A DNA stretch of 64,000 bases from Verrucomicrobiota bacterium (GCA_050010675.1 JBEKKN010000008.1:1757-65756); one strand, 5' to 3'; counted from the stretch's first letter, positions 18,329 to 28,562 are shown. Made by a program: numbers and translations. The notes: a model not told the origin generated them from the sequence alone.

Positions 18329-18814
18329 ATGAGCCGGCCCTATGAAGAAATTTTGAGCGGTGAGACCCTGCCGCGCTCCGCCCCGGGCACGCGGCATGAA
18401 ATGATTTGTGACCGCTTGCACCGGTTGATGACCGCCAGTGTCGCGAACCTGCCCGCCACGCAATTGCTGGCGCCGCGCACAAAAGTCAACGTTTCCCGCG
18501 CGACGGCCATCTGCCCCGATCTGGCCCTCGTCACCGTGGCCACCGGGAAACTCTGGCTCGCCGCGGAAATTATCAGCACGGACGATCATCAAGCTGACAC
18601 GGTCATCAAGAAACAGCTGTACGAAGACATCCGCGTGCCCCGGCTCTGGATGGTGGACCCCCGTTACGACAACGTGGAGATTTATCAGTGCACGGAATGG
18701 GGGCTGGCCTTGAAGGGCATTCTGGCGGGAAGCGAGGTGCTCGGCGAGGCGTTGATTCCTGAATTTCAGATTGTCATCGCCCACTTGTTCGCCGCGCCGT
18801 CCCCAACGCATTAA
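18329..18814 (+). CDS. Uma2-family (DUF820) putative endonuclease
   Basis: MSRPYEEILSGE...ICPDLALV...LAAEIISTDD...KKQLYEDIRVPRLWMVDP, a PD-(D/E)XK-like pattern typical of Uma2. Confidence 0.7.
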   Translation: MSRPYEEILSGETLPRSAPGTRHEMICDRLHRLMTASVANLPATQLLAPRTKVNVSRATAICPDLALVTVATGKLWLAAEIISTDDHQADTVIKKQLYEDIRVPRLWMVDPRYDNVEIYQCTEWGLALKGILAGSEVLGEALIPEFQIVIAHLFAAPSPTH

Positions 18815-18891
18815 TTTCCAGTTTTTTTGCTTGAATGAAAACCCTTGCGGGGTTGTCTTAAGGTCGATAACTGGAAACTATAAACAAACCT

Positions 18892-19239
18892 ATGAAAAAA
18901 TCCTCACTGATATTGACCCTGGCGGCCGGCCTGCTGCTGCTGGGCTTCGGCGCGGCGCGCTTGTCCGCGGCGGACGCGAGTGCGCCGGTCACCATCACCG
19001 GCACCATGGTCTGCGGCAAATGCACGCTGCACCTGACCGACTCCTGCCAGAACGTGGTGCAGGTTCAAAAGGACGGCAAGACCGTCAATTACTTCCTCGA
19101 ACAAAACAATGTGAGCAAGGCCGAGCACAAGGCGGTTTGCGGCGGTGATTCGGAGAAGGTGACTGTCACCGGCACCGTCACTGAACAGGGCGGCAAGGAA
19201 ATGATGACGCCGACCAAGATCGACGTGAACAAATCCTGA
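18892..19239 (+). CDS. small secreted Cys-containing protein, function unknown
   Basis: Signal peptide MKKSSLILTLAAGLLLLGFGAARLSAA; CGKCTLH...SCQ...VCGG. Confidence 0.55.
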   Translation: MKKSSLILTLAAGLLLLGFGAARLSAADASAPVTITGTMVCGKCTLHLTDSCQNVVQVQKDGKTVNYFLEQNNVSKAEHKAVCGGDSEKVTVTGTVTEQGGKEMMTPTKIDVNKS

Positions 19240-19262
19240 TTTCAAATCCTGATTTTTACCAC

Positions 19263-20039
19263 TCAACCGCCGCCGGGCTCGGCCAACTGGCGGCGGTTGA
19301 ATTTTACCACGTCGGCGTAGCGGACGCCGGTGCCGCCAAAGATATCCAACGCCGAACCAACGGTCAGATCCACTTTCCCTCGCCCCAGCCGGGTGACTTC
19401 CTCCAGATCGCCCAACGCATTCGCGCCGCCGGCGTAGGTGGTGGGCAGGGGTGTCCATTGCCCGAGTTTTTCCACGAGTTCCCGGTCAATGCCATGGCAT
19501 AAACCTTCCACGTCCACCGCGTGAATCAAAAATTCCGCACAGTTCCGGGCGAGTTGTTGGAGTGCATCCGATGAAATGGCCAATTCCGTAAACTGTTGCC
19601 AGCGGTCGGTGACCACCCAATAATTCCCGTCCCGCCGGCGGCAGCTCAAATCCAGCACCAGCCGGGATTTGCCGACGGCTTTGACCAATTCGCCCAACCG
19701 CCCGGCATCCACGCGGCCTTCGCGAAACACCCAGCTGGTGGCGATGACGTGGGACGCGCCGGCGTCGAGCCAGGCCCGCGCGTTTTCCGCGTTGATGCCG
19801 CCACCGATCTGGAGTCCGCCGGGAAATGCCGCCAGCGCCGCGCGGGCTTCGGTCTCATTGCCGGGACCGAGCATGATGACGTGGCCGCCGGTGAGCCCGT
19901 CCCGCTGGTAGAGTTCGGCGAACCACGCCGCGGGTTTTTCGGAGACAAAGTTCGTCCGCAGGCGGACGGCCTCGCCGAGCGAGCCGCCGACAATTTGCTT
20001 CACTTTGCCTTCATGCAGGTCAATGCAGGGACGAAACAT
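19263..20039 (-). CDS. hisA: ProFAR isomerase (HisA), eukaryote/His6-like subtype
   Basis: MFRPCIDLHEGKVKQIVGGSL...GGHVIMLGPGN...GGLQIGGGI...AGGA. No other his genes in the window. Confidence 0.8.
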   Translation of the reverse strand: MFRPCIDLHEGKVKQIVGGSLGEAVRLRTNFVSEKPAAWFAELYQRDGLTGGHVIMLGPGNETEARAALAAFPGGLQIGGGINAENARAWLDAGASHVIATSWVFREGRVDAGRLGELVKAVGKSRLVLDLSCRRRDGNYWVVTDRWQQFTELAISSDALQQLARNCAEFLIHAVDVEGLCHGIDRELVEKLGQWTPLPTTYAGGANALGDLEEVTRLGRGKVDLTVGSALDIFGGTGVRYADVVKFNRRQLAEPGGG

Positions 20040-20083
20040 GCGTCCAAGCTAAATTCGCGCGGGGAAAATGCACACTTAAAAAT

Positions 20084-23026
20084 TTGACGCCGCGCCGGGA
20101 ACAGAGAATCTTGTCCGTGTTTGAATTCGTGAAAAGGCTGTTTTTGATCCCTCCGGCGGGTGGCAAATGGATTTTTGCCCTCGCGTTGGTTCTGTGCCTT
20201 GATTTTTCCGTCAACGCCAAACCCTACGGATTGGACCCGTCCCCGGCCATCGGACCGTTTCTGAACGGCACGATGCCGGAAACCGCCCCCGGCATTTCTG
20301 GCGACTGGTCGGCGGTGGCGGCCTTTCCGAACCTGCTGTTCACCAACTCCGTCGGCCTGACGTTCGTGCCGGGTACGGACCAGTTGTGCGTCTGGGAACG
20401 CGAAGGCCGCATCTGGACATTTGTAAATGATCCGGGCGTGACGCAAAAAAAACTCGTGCTCGACCTCAGCCACCAATGCCAGGGTTGGGACGATTCCGGT
20501 CTGCTGGGCGTGGCGTTTCACCCGGGCTTCGCGACCAACCATTATGTTTTCGTCTATTACACCTGGTGCCCGCCCGGCACCGTCGCCGGCAGCCCGACCA
20601 CCCGGCCACCCTCCACCGGTGATTATCACGACCGGCTTTCACGCTTTACTCTGGACCCGGATGGGGTCGCCATTCCGGGGTCGGAAGTTGTGTTCGTGGA
20701 TCTCAAATGCGACACGATCTGGCATCACGGCGGCGGCATGTTCTTTCACCCCAAAAACGGGTTTCTGTACTATACCGACGGCGACAGCTCCAATGGCGAC
20801 AATGACCAATACATCGACAAAAGCCTGTTCTCCGGCGTGTTCCGGATTGACGTGGACTGCCGCGGCGGCGCCATCAGCCATCCCATTCCGCGCCAGCCAG
20901 CCAACGGTCGCACGGCACATTATTTCATCCCCAACGATAATCCTTTCGTCGGCCAATCCAACGTTCTTGAGGAATTCTTCTGCCTCGGCCTGCGCAGTCC
21001 GCACCGCATGACCTACGACCCGGTCACGGGCCGGATTTTCATCGGTGACGTCGGCGAAAGCGCGCGGGAAGAAGTGGACGTGATTGAGCCGGGTGAATCC
21101 GGCCTGAATTTTCAGTGGAATTACTGTGAAGGGACGTTGGGCAAAATGCCGACTACGTACATCGGCATCAGTCGCGGACCGGTGCTGGATTACCCGCACA
21201 CCGACGGGCGCGCGGTCATCGGCGGTTATGTCTATCGCGGCAAAACATTCGCCGCCGATCTGGGCGGCAAATACATCTTTGGTGACAACGTCATGCGAAT
21301 CATCTGGGCCATGGACGAAACCACCACGCCCGTCAAAAAGATTGTCCTGTGCGTCATGCCCAAAGGCACCGGACCGAATTCCGGTTCCGATTACACCGGG
21401 CTTTCGTCGTTCGGCGTGGATGCCGGCGGCGAAATTTATTTTTGCCAGATGAGCAGCATTGGCGGTCGCATTTTCACCCTGGCCCGCGGCGGACCCCCGC
21501 CGCCGAGCCATCCCTTTCCCAAACTGCTCTCGCAAACCGGCGTGTTCTCCGACCCGGCGCAACTCACCCCGGAACCCGGTTTGATCCCCTACACCGTCAA
21601 TGCCCCGCTGTGGTCGGACGGCGCGGTCAAAACCCGCTGGATGACGCTGCCCGCCGGCACGACCATCCATTTCGCGCCGAATGGCGAATGGACCTTCCCC
21701 GCCGGCACCGTGTTCGTGAAACATTTCGAGCTGCCGGTGGACGACACGAATCCAAAAATTCTGCACCGGCTTGAAACCCGTCTGCTCGTCCGCGACACGA
21801 ACGGCACGGTCTATGGCGCCAGCTACAAATGGCGCGCCGATCACAGCGATGCGGACCTGATCACGGCCGGGTTGACCGAGAACATCACCATCAAAACCGC
21901 CGGCGGCACGCGCACCCAGCGCTGGTTTTATCCCGGACGCCAGGATTGCCTGACCTGCCACACGCCCGTCTCGGGCGGCGTGCTCGGCGTCAAGACCTGC
22001 CAGCTCAACGGCGATTTCCAGTATCCGAACGGCGTGACCGACAACCAGCTTCGCGCGTGGAACCACCTCGGCCTCTTCGACACCAAGCTGGATGAAAACG
22101 ACATTCCGCGATTTGCCCGGCTGGTGGCCGTGACCGACCCGGCCGCACCGCTGGAACTCCGCGCCCGTTCCTATCTCGACGCCAATTGTGCGCAATGTCA
22201 CCGGCCCGGCGGCGTCGAGGCATTTTTTGACGCGCGTTTTGACACGCCCCTGGCAAAACAGGCCCTGCTTAACGGACCGGTTGCCAATCCGCTCGGAATT
22301 CCCGGCGCAAAAATTGTCGTGCCGGGGAACCCGGCCAAATCCGTTCTCTATCATCGCATCAGCATTGTCAGTGACCTGCAAATGCCGCCGCTGGCCAGAA
22401 ACACCGTGGACCAGCCGGCGGTTGCCACCATGGCGGAATGGATTAATTCCCTGTCCCCCGTGCCACCGTCGCTGCCGCCCGGTTGGACGCACGCGGATAT
22501 TGGCACGGTCGGTCTGGCCGGTGACGCCAGCTTTTTGAATGACCGTTTCAACCTCATCGCCTCCGGCGCCGATATTTGGGACACCGCCGATGGCTGCCAC
22601 TTCGCCGGCACGCCACTGACCGGCGACGGGCAAATCATCGCGCGCGTCGTTACCATGCAATACACCGATCCGTGGGCCAAGGCCGGCATCATGTTCCGGG
22701 AGAATTTCTCACCCGGTGCCAGAGACGCCTTGATGGTCCTCACGGCCAGCGGCGGCTCGGCCTTCCAACGACGCGTGAAAACTGGTGAACTGACCTGGAA
22801 CACCGACGGCCTGCCGGCTGGCGTTCCGTACTGGGTGCGACTCGTCCGCGCCGGCGACATGTTCACCGGTTACGTTTCAAAGGATGGCCAGAATTGGAAA
22901 CCGGTGGACAGTATCGCCGTCCCGATGGGCCGGACCGTTTATGTCGGCCTCGTCATCACCGCACACAACAATGTGGAACTCAATTCCGCGCTCTTCGACC
23001 ACGTCACCGTCACGCCCGCGCCTTAA
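20084..23026 (+). CDS. secreted multidomain protein: PQQ-dependent sugar dehydrogenase-like beta-propeller, two c-type haem motifs, and a C-terminal concanavalin-like domain
   Basis: GLLGVAFHPGFATNHYVFVYYT (GSDH-like); CLTCH and CAQCH; C-terminal ADIWDTADGCHFAG...WAKAGIMFRE...VSKDGQNW. The start is uncertain (TTG 20084 or GTG 20117). Confidence 0.7.
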   Translation: MTPRREQRILSVFEFVKRLFLIPPAGGKWIFALALVLCLDFSVNAKPYGLDPSPAIGPFLNGTMPETAPGISGDWSAVAAFPNLLFTNSVGLTFVPGTDQLCVWEREGRIWTFVNDPGVTQKKLVLDLSHQCQGWDDSGLLGVAFHPGFATNHYVFVYYTWCPPGTVAGSPTTRPPSTGDYHDRLSRFTLDPDGVAIPGSEVVFVDLKCDTIWHHGGGMFFHPKNGFLYYTDGDSSNGDNDQYIDKSLFSGVFRIDVDCRGGAISHPIPRQPANGRTAHYFIPNDNPFVGQSNVLEEFFCLGLRSPHRMTYDPVTGRIFIGDVGESAREEVDVIEPGESGLNFQWNYCEGTLGKMPTTYIGISRGPVLDYPHTDGRAVIGGYVYRGKTFAADLGGKYIFGDNVMRIIWAMDETTTPVKKIVLCVMPKGTGPNSGSDYTGLSSFGVDAGGEIYFCQMSSIGGRIFTLARGGPPPPSHPFPKLLSQTGVFSDPAQLTPEPGLIPYTVNAPLWSDGAVKTRWMTLPAGTTIHFAPNGEWTFPAGTVFVKHFELPVDDTNPKILHRLETRLLVRDTNGTVYGASYKWRADHSDADLITAGLTENITIKTAGGTRTQRWFYPGRQDCLTCHTPVSGGVLGVKTCQLNGDFQYPNGVTDNQLRAWNHLGLFDTKLDENDIPRFARLVAVTDPAAPLELRARSYLDANCAQCHRPGGVEAFFDARFDTPLAKQALLNGPVANPLGIPGAKIVVPGNPAKSVLYHRISIVSDLQMPPLARNTVDQPAVATMAEWINSLSPVPPSLPPGWTHADIGTVGLAGDASFLNDRFNLIASGADIWDTADGCHFAGTPLTGDGQIIARVVTMQYTDPWAKAGIMFRENFSPGARDALMVLTASGGSAFQRRVKTGELTWNTDGLPAGVPYWVRLVRAGDMFTGYVSKDGQNWKPVDSIAVPMGRTVYVGLVITAHNNVELNSALFDHVTVTPAP

Positions 23027-23271
23027 AGTAGCAGCGGACGTAAGTCCGTTCACTCTTGAGATGGAGCCGACTCACGTCGGCGGCTACAAACCGCGCTTGC
23101 CCATTTCCTGTTAATGGGCTGTCAGGAGTCGCAGGGCACAACATAGCTAACTTCGAACCGGGTCCTTAACCTCAACGGACAATCTGCGGAACCTTTCCAA
23201 TCCTCGACAAGCGGCAAATTATTCTTAAATTGTGGGGATGTCGTTTCGATTGGCGCGGCTGAAAACCGGCC

Positions 23272-23299
23272 AATCGTAAATCGTCAATCGTAAATCATA
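23272..23299. repeat. tandem heptanucleotide array, 4 units (AATCGTA AATCGTC AATCGTA AATCATA)
   Basis: Read directly. It ends 1 nt before the thiG ATG. Confidence 0.8.
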
Positions 23300-23300
23300 A

Positions 23301-24080
23301 ATGAACCAGCCATTGACCATCGCCGGACGTGAATTCCGATCGCGCCTGATTCTGGGCACGGGGAAGTTTTCCTCGCCGGAAGCCATGCGCGACGCGCTCG
23401 ACGCCAGCGGCACGGAATTGGTCACCGTCGCCTTGCGCCGCGCGGATTTGAGCGGCCGGCGCGACCCGTTCGCAAACATTCTGGAGTTCATTGACCCGAA
23501 AAAGTTCCTGTTGCTGCCCAACACCAGCGGCGCCATGAACGCCGATGAAGCCGTCCGGCTCGCGCGCCTCGCCGCCGCCGCCGGCCTGCCGAAATGGATC
23601 AAACTCGAAATCCATCCCGACCCGCGTTATCTGCTGCCCGATCCGGTGGAAACATTCAAGGCCGCTGAAATCCTGGTGAAGGAAGGGTTCACCGTCCTGC
23701 CGTACATCAACGCCGACCCGGTGCTGGCAAAACGGTTGCAGGACGCCGGTTGCGCCACCGTGATGCCGCTCGGTTCACCCATCGGCTCAAACCGCGGCAT
23801 CCAGACGCGCGACCAGATCCGCATCATCATCGAGCAGGCCACCGTGCCGGTGGTCGTGGATGCCGGGCTGGGGGCGCCGAGCCATGCCGCGGAGGCGATG
23901 GAGCTGGGCGCGGACGCCGTGCTCATCAACACCGCCATCGCGGTCTCGAGCGATCCGAATCGCATGGCGGTCGCTTTCAAAACCGTGGTCGAGGCCGGTC
24001 GTGCCGCCTACGAAACCGGTATGGTGGCGCAACAGGAAACCGCCAGCGCCACGAGTCCATTGACCGCGTTTCTGGATTAG
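23301..24080 (+). CDS. thiG: thiazole synthase
   Basis: [19 protein letters not shown]...TVALRR...LLPNTSG...[13 protein letters not shown]...[21 protein letters not shown]. Confidence 0.95.
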   Translation: MNQPLTIAGREFRSRLILGTGKFSSPEAMRDALDASGTELVTVALRRADLSGRRDPFANILEFIDPKKFLLLPNTSGAMNADEAVRLARLAAAAGLPKWIKLEIHPDPRYLLPDPVETFKAAEILVKEGFTVLPYINADPVLAKRLQDAGCATVMPLGSPIGSNRGIQTRDQIRIIIEQATVPVVVDAGLGAPSHAAEAMELGADAVLINTAIAVSSDPNRMAVAFKTVVEAGRAAYETGMVAQQETASATSPLTAFLD

Positions 24081-24321
24081 CCCAAAAAAACGTCCGCGCC
24101 GGACCGGGAATTTACCAAGACAGTGAAATGAAATTGTAGGCACCGGCGCGAGCCATTCCAGAACACAACCGGAACGCCTTGTCCTTGGGCGAATCGGGAA
24201 ATTCTCCGACGATCTTCAGCCGTAGGTCACACCTGAATTCTTAAACCGTCTTTTGAGTGTTCGGCTGCGGGAAATATTCGCATAAAAGTGTCGTGGCATT
24301 AGAGTTGCTATTGGCTGGGCA

Positions 24322-25215
24322 ATGAAAATGGACGTTCGTTCAATTACCATTGCCGGTGCCATTCTCGTCATGTCCAGTGTGGCTGGATTCGCACAGGATT
24401 GGACGAAAAGCCCGCAAGATTGGTCAAAGAATTCTCAAAGTCAGACTCCTCCAAGTCAGACGCAACCTCCTGCCACGCAGGTGCAGACGCCTCAGCCGGC
24501 GCCGCAGACCAGTCAACCGCAAATTCCCCAGAATCAGACGCCTCCCGCACAAAGTTGGACGCAGACACCGTCACCCCAATATCAGACGCCGGATTCCGCA
24601 GATTGGACACAAAGCCTGTACTCCCGGGTGAAGCTCGGCGGCTTTTTTCAACAAGATGCAACCTTGGATACAACGAGATCTTCAGGCGTATCGAGCCTAT
24701 CGACAAATGGAACTGCAACGTTCAATTTTGGTTTTCGGGGAGATGTTGTTCTGGGTTACAATATCAATAAATCACTGGCGGCGGAATTTGACACGGGTTT
24801 GCTTTGGAATTCCGCGGATACAGTTCTGGGCAATCCGTTGAGTTCCCAGAACGTGAGCTTCGACACCTATACCATTCCCATACTGCTGAACTTCATTTAC
24901 AAGATCCCGATGAAGGGTCACTGGTCTTCCTATGTCGGAATCGGAATGGGTGGAGCGGCTTCCCTACTCGATTATAACATAGGCGGATCGGACCTGACCG
25001 ACTTCAATTTCGTATTCGCCTATCAGGCGGAGGCCGGTTTGAAATACAAGTTCAGCCAAAACGCCTCCGTTGGCATTGCCTACGATTTTTTGGGCACAAC
25101 GGACCCAAGCTGGAACGTCAGCCAAACCATTGGCGCGCCTACAACCTTTATACACTTTAAAGAGAAAGGCTTTTACACCCATTCCATCACCCTCAGCTTT
25201 ACCTGGGATTTCTAA
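24322..25215 (+). CDS. outer-membrane beta-barrel protein with an N-terminal Q/T/P-rich low-complexity region
   Basis: Has a signal peptide, then a QTPPSQTQPPATQVQTPQPAPQTSQPQ tract, alternating beta-strand pattern and a C-terminal ...SITLSFTWDF (terminal Phe). Confidence 0.7.
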   Translation: MKMDVRSITIAGAILVMSSVAGFAQDWTKSPQDWSKNSQSQTPPSQTQPPATQVQTPQPAPQTSQPQIPQNQTPPAQSWTQTPSPQYQTPDSADWTQSLYSRVKLGGFFQQDATLDTTRSSGVSSLSTNGTATFNFGFRGDVVLGYNINKSLAAEFDTGLLWNSADTVLGNPLSSQNVSFDTYTIPILLNFIYKIPMKGHWSSYVGIGMGGAASLLDYNIGGSDLTDFNFVFAYQAEAGLKYKFSQNASVGIAYDFLGTTDPSWNVSQTIGAPTTFIHFKEKGFYTHSITLSFTWDF

Positions 25216-25333
25216 ATCCGGTCAGTCTCCATTCGTGTCTTCGCTCCACGGTTCCGTTGTCCGCGTGCCGGCCGCTTACAACTCAACGGCGTTCAATTCT
25301 TTGTTTCCCTAACCGGCCAATACGGGTTAAAAG

Positions 25334-26353
25334 ATGGCTGTGAATCACACCACGTTATCGGTTGGGCGTGTCCGAAAACTGCTGGCCGCCGCCCGTCAGG
25401 CCCGTGTTCTGGTCGTCGGCGACGTGATGCTCGATCAGTTTATCTGGGGCGGCGTGTCGCGCATTTCACCGGAGGCGCCGGTGCCCGTGGTGGAATTCGA
25501 GCGGGAAAGCTTCATGCCCGGCGGCGCGGCGAACGTCGCGCGCAACCTGGCTGCGCTCGATGTCCCCACGGAACTGTTCGGCATGATCGGCCAGGACGAA
25601 AACGGCCGGCGTTTGAAGAAACTGCTCTGCGGACAAAACATCCATTGCGGCGGCCTGCTGGCCAACGCCACGCGCCATACGAGCGTCAAAACCCGCATCG
25701 TCGCCCACCAGCAACAGGTCGTGCGCATTGACCGCGAAACGCGCGATGGCCTGGATGCGCGCCTGACCGGCCGGTTGCTGGCGGAAATCAAATCGAAACT
25801 CCCCAAAACTGACGCCGTGATCATCGGCGATTACGGCAAAGGGGTCATCACCCAGCCGTTGCTCAACGAAATCAAATCGCTTTGCCGCGCACGCGGCATC
25901 TGGTTGAGCCTCGACCCCAAGCCGGTCCATCACCTGAATCTGGCCGGGCTTTCGCTGATTACTCCCAATCGCAAGGAGGCCTTCGAACTCGCGAATCTGG
26001 CTGACGAGACGCGCTGCGCCCATCCGCTCGCGGACAAAAACCTGATGCTCGTGGCCGAACGGTTGCTCAACGAACTCCGTCCCGCGGCGCTGTTGATCAC
26101 GCTCGGCGAACTGGGGATGTTGCTCTGCCGGCGGGGGCAAAAGCCCTTCCATATCCCGACGGTGGCGCAGGAAATATTCGATGTTTCCGGCGCCGGCGAC
26201 ACGGTCATCGCCACGTTCACGCTGGGGATTGCCGCGGGCGCATCGTCGCTGGAGGCGGCGATGTTGTCGAATCACGCCGCCGGCATCGTGGTCGGCAAGG
26301 TCGGGACCGCCACGGTCTCACCGGAGGAATTAGTCAAAAGTTTTCGAAGGTAG
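25334..26353 (+). CDS. D-glycero-beta-D-manno-heptose-7-phosphate kinase (RfaE domain I type, PfkB family)
   Basis: VLVVGDVMLDQFIWGGVSRISPEAPVPVV...DVSGAGDTVIATF. Confidence 0.85.
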   Translation: MAVNHTTLSVGRVRKLLAAARQARVLVVGDVMLDQFIWGGVSRISPEAPVPVVEFERESFMPGGAANVARNLAALDVPTELFGMIGQDENGRRLKKLLCGQNIHCGGLLANATRHTSVKTRIVAHQQQVVRIDRETRDGLDARLTGRLLAEIKSKLPKTDAVIIGDYGKGVITQPLLNEIKSLCRARGIWLSLDPKPVHHLNLAGLSLITPNRKEAFELANLADETRCAHPLADKNLMLVAERLLNELRPAALLITLGELGMLLCRRGQKPFHIPTVAQEIFDVSGAGDTVIATFTLGIAAGASSLEAAMLSNHAAGIVVGKVGTATVSPEELVKSFRR

Positions 26354-26414
26354 GGACGCCACGCTGTCCCGATAAATCGGGAGTCGCCGCAACGCGCCGA
26401 CCCCACCACGGCCA

Positions 26415-27179
26415 ATGAATTCCAAAGTCACCGTCGAAACGATTCGCGCGATGAAAAGCCGCGGCGAGAAAATCGCCGCGTTGACGGCCTACGATTTCCC
26501 CATGACGAAATTGCTCGATGAGGCGGGCGTTCCGCTCATTCTCGTCGGCGATACCCTCGGCATGGTGGTGCTGGGCCATCCCGACACCACCCCGGTGACG
26601 ATGGCGGACATGGAACATCATGTGCGCGCCGCCGCCCGCGCCAGGCCCCAGGCACTGCTCGGCGCGGACATGCCGTATCGTAGTTATGAAACACCGGCCG
26701 GGGCGGTTGAAAATGCGAAACGCCTGATTGCCGCTGGCGCGGAATTCATCAAGGCCGAAGGCGGGCGCGAAATCCTGCCGCAGGTGTCGGCCATCCTCTC
26801 GGCCGGCATCCCGTATTGCGGGCATGTGGGGATGCTGCCGCAACATGTCCTGGAGGAAGGCGGCAAATATCACATCAAAGGCCGTGACGACGCGGGCCGG
26901 TTGAAACTGTTTGACGACGCGACGGCGCTGGCCAAGGCGGGCGCGTTCGCTCTGGTTCTGGAAATTGTGACGCCGCCGGTCGCCAGGGAGCTGACCCGGA
27001 CACTTCCGATGCCGACGATCGGAATTGGCTCCGGCCCGGATTGCGACGGGCAGATTCTGGTGATTTCCGATTTGATTGGCATGTTCCCCTGGTTTACGCC
27101 GCGCTTTGTGAAACCGCGGATGAATGGCGCGGCGGAAATCAAGTCCGCCGTGACCGCCTGGAAAAATTCCCTGGTTTAA
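26415..27179 (+). CDS. panB: 3-methyl-2-oxobutanoate hydroxymethyltransferase
   Basis: KIAALTAYDFPMTKLLDEAGVPLILVGDTLGMVVLGH...IKAEGG...GHVGMLPQ. Confidence 0.95.
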   Translation: MNSKVTVETIRAMKSRGEKIAALTAYDFPMTKLLDEAGVPLILVGDTLGMVVLGHPDTTPVTMADMEHHVRAAARARPQALLGADMPYRSYETPAGAVENAKRLIAAGAEFIKAEGGREILPQVSAILSAGIPYCGHVGMLPQHVLEEGGKYHIKGRDDAGRLKLFDDATALAKAGAFALVLEIVTPPVARELTRTLPMPTIGIGSGPDCDGQILVISDLIGMFPWFTPRFVKPRMNGAAEIKSAVTAWKNSLV

Positions 27180-27230
27180 TCCGGGAACTTTTTAATGGCC
27201 CAAGTGTTGCTTTACACAGTCTGAAATCGC

Positions 27231-28418
27231 ATGGAATTGGAATCATTGATTGAATCCGCAGCGGCCAACGGCGCCAGTGATCTGCACCTGGAAGCCGGCA
27301 TGCCGGCGGCCTTGCGCGTGCGGGGCACCCTCCGGGTGGCCGGCGAACCGGTGGCGCCGAAATTGTTGATGGACATGGCCCGGACGCTCATCGGCGAAAA
27401 CCAGTGGCCGGTCTTCCTGGAACGACGTTCGTATGACCTGTCCAAAACCGTCCGCGGCATCCGTTGCCGGATCAACGTCCTGCAAACATCGCGCGGCGTC
27501 GGCCTAGCCATCCGCCTGCTCAGCCCCTTTCAGGCGACGGTGGAGAAGCTCAATCTGCATCCGGACCTGAAAAAACTCGTCAAGAACACCCACGGCCTGA
27601 TTCTGATTTGCGGCCCCACCGGCAGCGGCAAATCCTCGACGTTGGCTGCCCTGATCCAGGAAATCAACCTCACCGAAACCCGGCACATCGTCACGGTGGA
27701 AAGCCCCATCGAATACACCTTTCGGCCACGCCGCGCCTATATCCGCCAGCGCGAAGTCGGGCGCGACACGCCCAGCTTCGAGCAGGCCCTGCTGGACGCC
27801 TTGCGGGAGGATCCGGACGTCCTGATGGTGGGCGAAATGCGCGACCCGGAAACGATGCGCCTGACCCTGAGCGCATCGGAGACGGGTCACCTCGTTCTGG
27901 CCACGGTGCATTCCTCAAGCTGCGCCGAGGCGCTGCAACGCGTGGCTTCGGCGTTCCCGGCGGAAATTCAAAGCGCCGTCTGCGCCCAGCTGTCCGATTG
28001 CCTCGTCGCGGTCGTCTCCCAACGCCTCCGTTTCCGACAGGATTTGAACATCGTGGTTCCCGAGTGTGAAATCCTGATGGCCACGCACGCCGTGAAAAAT
28101 TTCGTCCGCACCCGTGAATTCTTCAAAGTCATCACCGCCATTGAGACCGGCGCCGATCACGGCATGTGGACCTTCCAGCGCTATGCCAAATGGCTGGAGA
28201 CCCGGAGCAATTTCTTCATGCCCGCGCCGGATGCGGAACCGCCCGACAGCGAACCGGCCGAATCCCTGCCGGCGACCACAGCGCTGCCCGCCCTGATCAC
28301 CAGCACGCCCAAGGTGGAAACGAAAACCAAGGCGCCCGCCGTTCACGAAAGCGGGCGGATTGAAATCGAACCGGTCGAAGGCGAATTCGGAAAGATTCTC
28401 AAGATCAAAAAATCCTAG
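27231..28418 (+). CDS. pilT: type IV pilus retraction ATPase PilT-family protein with about a 60-aa C-terminal extension
   Basis: ASDLHLEAG...GPTGSGKSSTLAALI (Walker A)...DPDVLMVGEMRD...TGHLVLATVHS. Its TAG stop coincides with the MITE-like insertion point. Confidence 0.85.
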   Translation: MELESLIESAAANGASDLHLEAGMPAALRVRGTLRVAGEPVAPKLLMDMARTLIGENQWPVFLERRSYDLSKTVRGIRCRINVLQTSRGVGLAIRLLSPFQATVEKLNLHPDLKKLVKNTHGLILICGPTGSGKSSTLAALIQEINLTETRHIVTVESPIEYTFRPRRAYIRQREVGRDTPSFEQALLDALREDPDVLMVGEMRDPETMRLTLSASETGHLVLATVHSSSCAEALQRVASAFPAEIQSAVCAQLSDCLVAVVSQRLRFRQDLNIVVPECEILMATHAVKNFVRTREFFKVITAIETGADHGMWTFQRYAKWLETRSNFFMPAPDAEPPDSEPAESLPATTALPALITSTPKVETKTKAPAVHESGRIEIEPVEGEFGKILKIKKS

Positions 28419-28562
28419 AGCGTTTTAAATAAAACTGTGGCCTGGCTCTGAGGCCCGATCGAAAAATTCCGCGAGGTTTTGGACTGCGGCAGTCCAAGAC
28501 GCTAGGGCGCCTTCCGATTAACCCAAGACACCTTGCCGGCCAAAGTATTTTTGAAACCGCTC
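28418..28562. mobile_element. MITE-like element, copy 2 (about 145 bp), TIRs GAGCGTTTTAAATA / TATTTTTGAAACCGCTC, flanked by TA (CTAG...CTAG)
   Basis: Homologous to 7967-8175 but lacks one hairpin arm and the loop; only the palindrome GGACTGCGGCAGTCC (28481-95) remains. TA occurs at 28416-17 and 28563-64. Confidence 0.7.

Noticed and set aside
23140-23170. GGTTCGAAG (minus strand) resembling a tRNA T-loop.
   Set aside because: There is no complementary T-stem, acceptor stem or anticodon arm around it, so it is not a tRNA. No other tRNA-like sequence was seen in the spacers.
23027-23300. Expected a TPP riboswitch upstream of thiG.
   Set aside because: I could not find the conserved CUGAGA / ACCUGAUCUGGAUAAUGCCAGCG-type core elements on reading the spacer. 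An Infernal search would be decisive.
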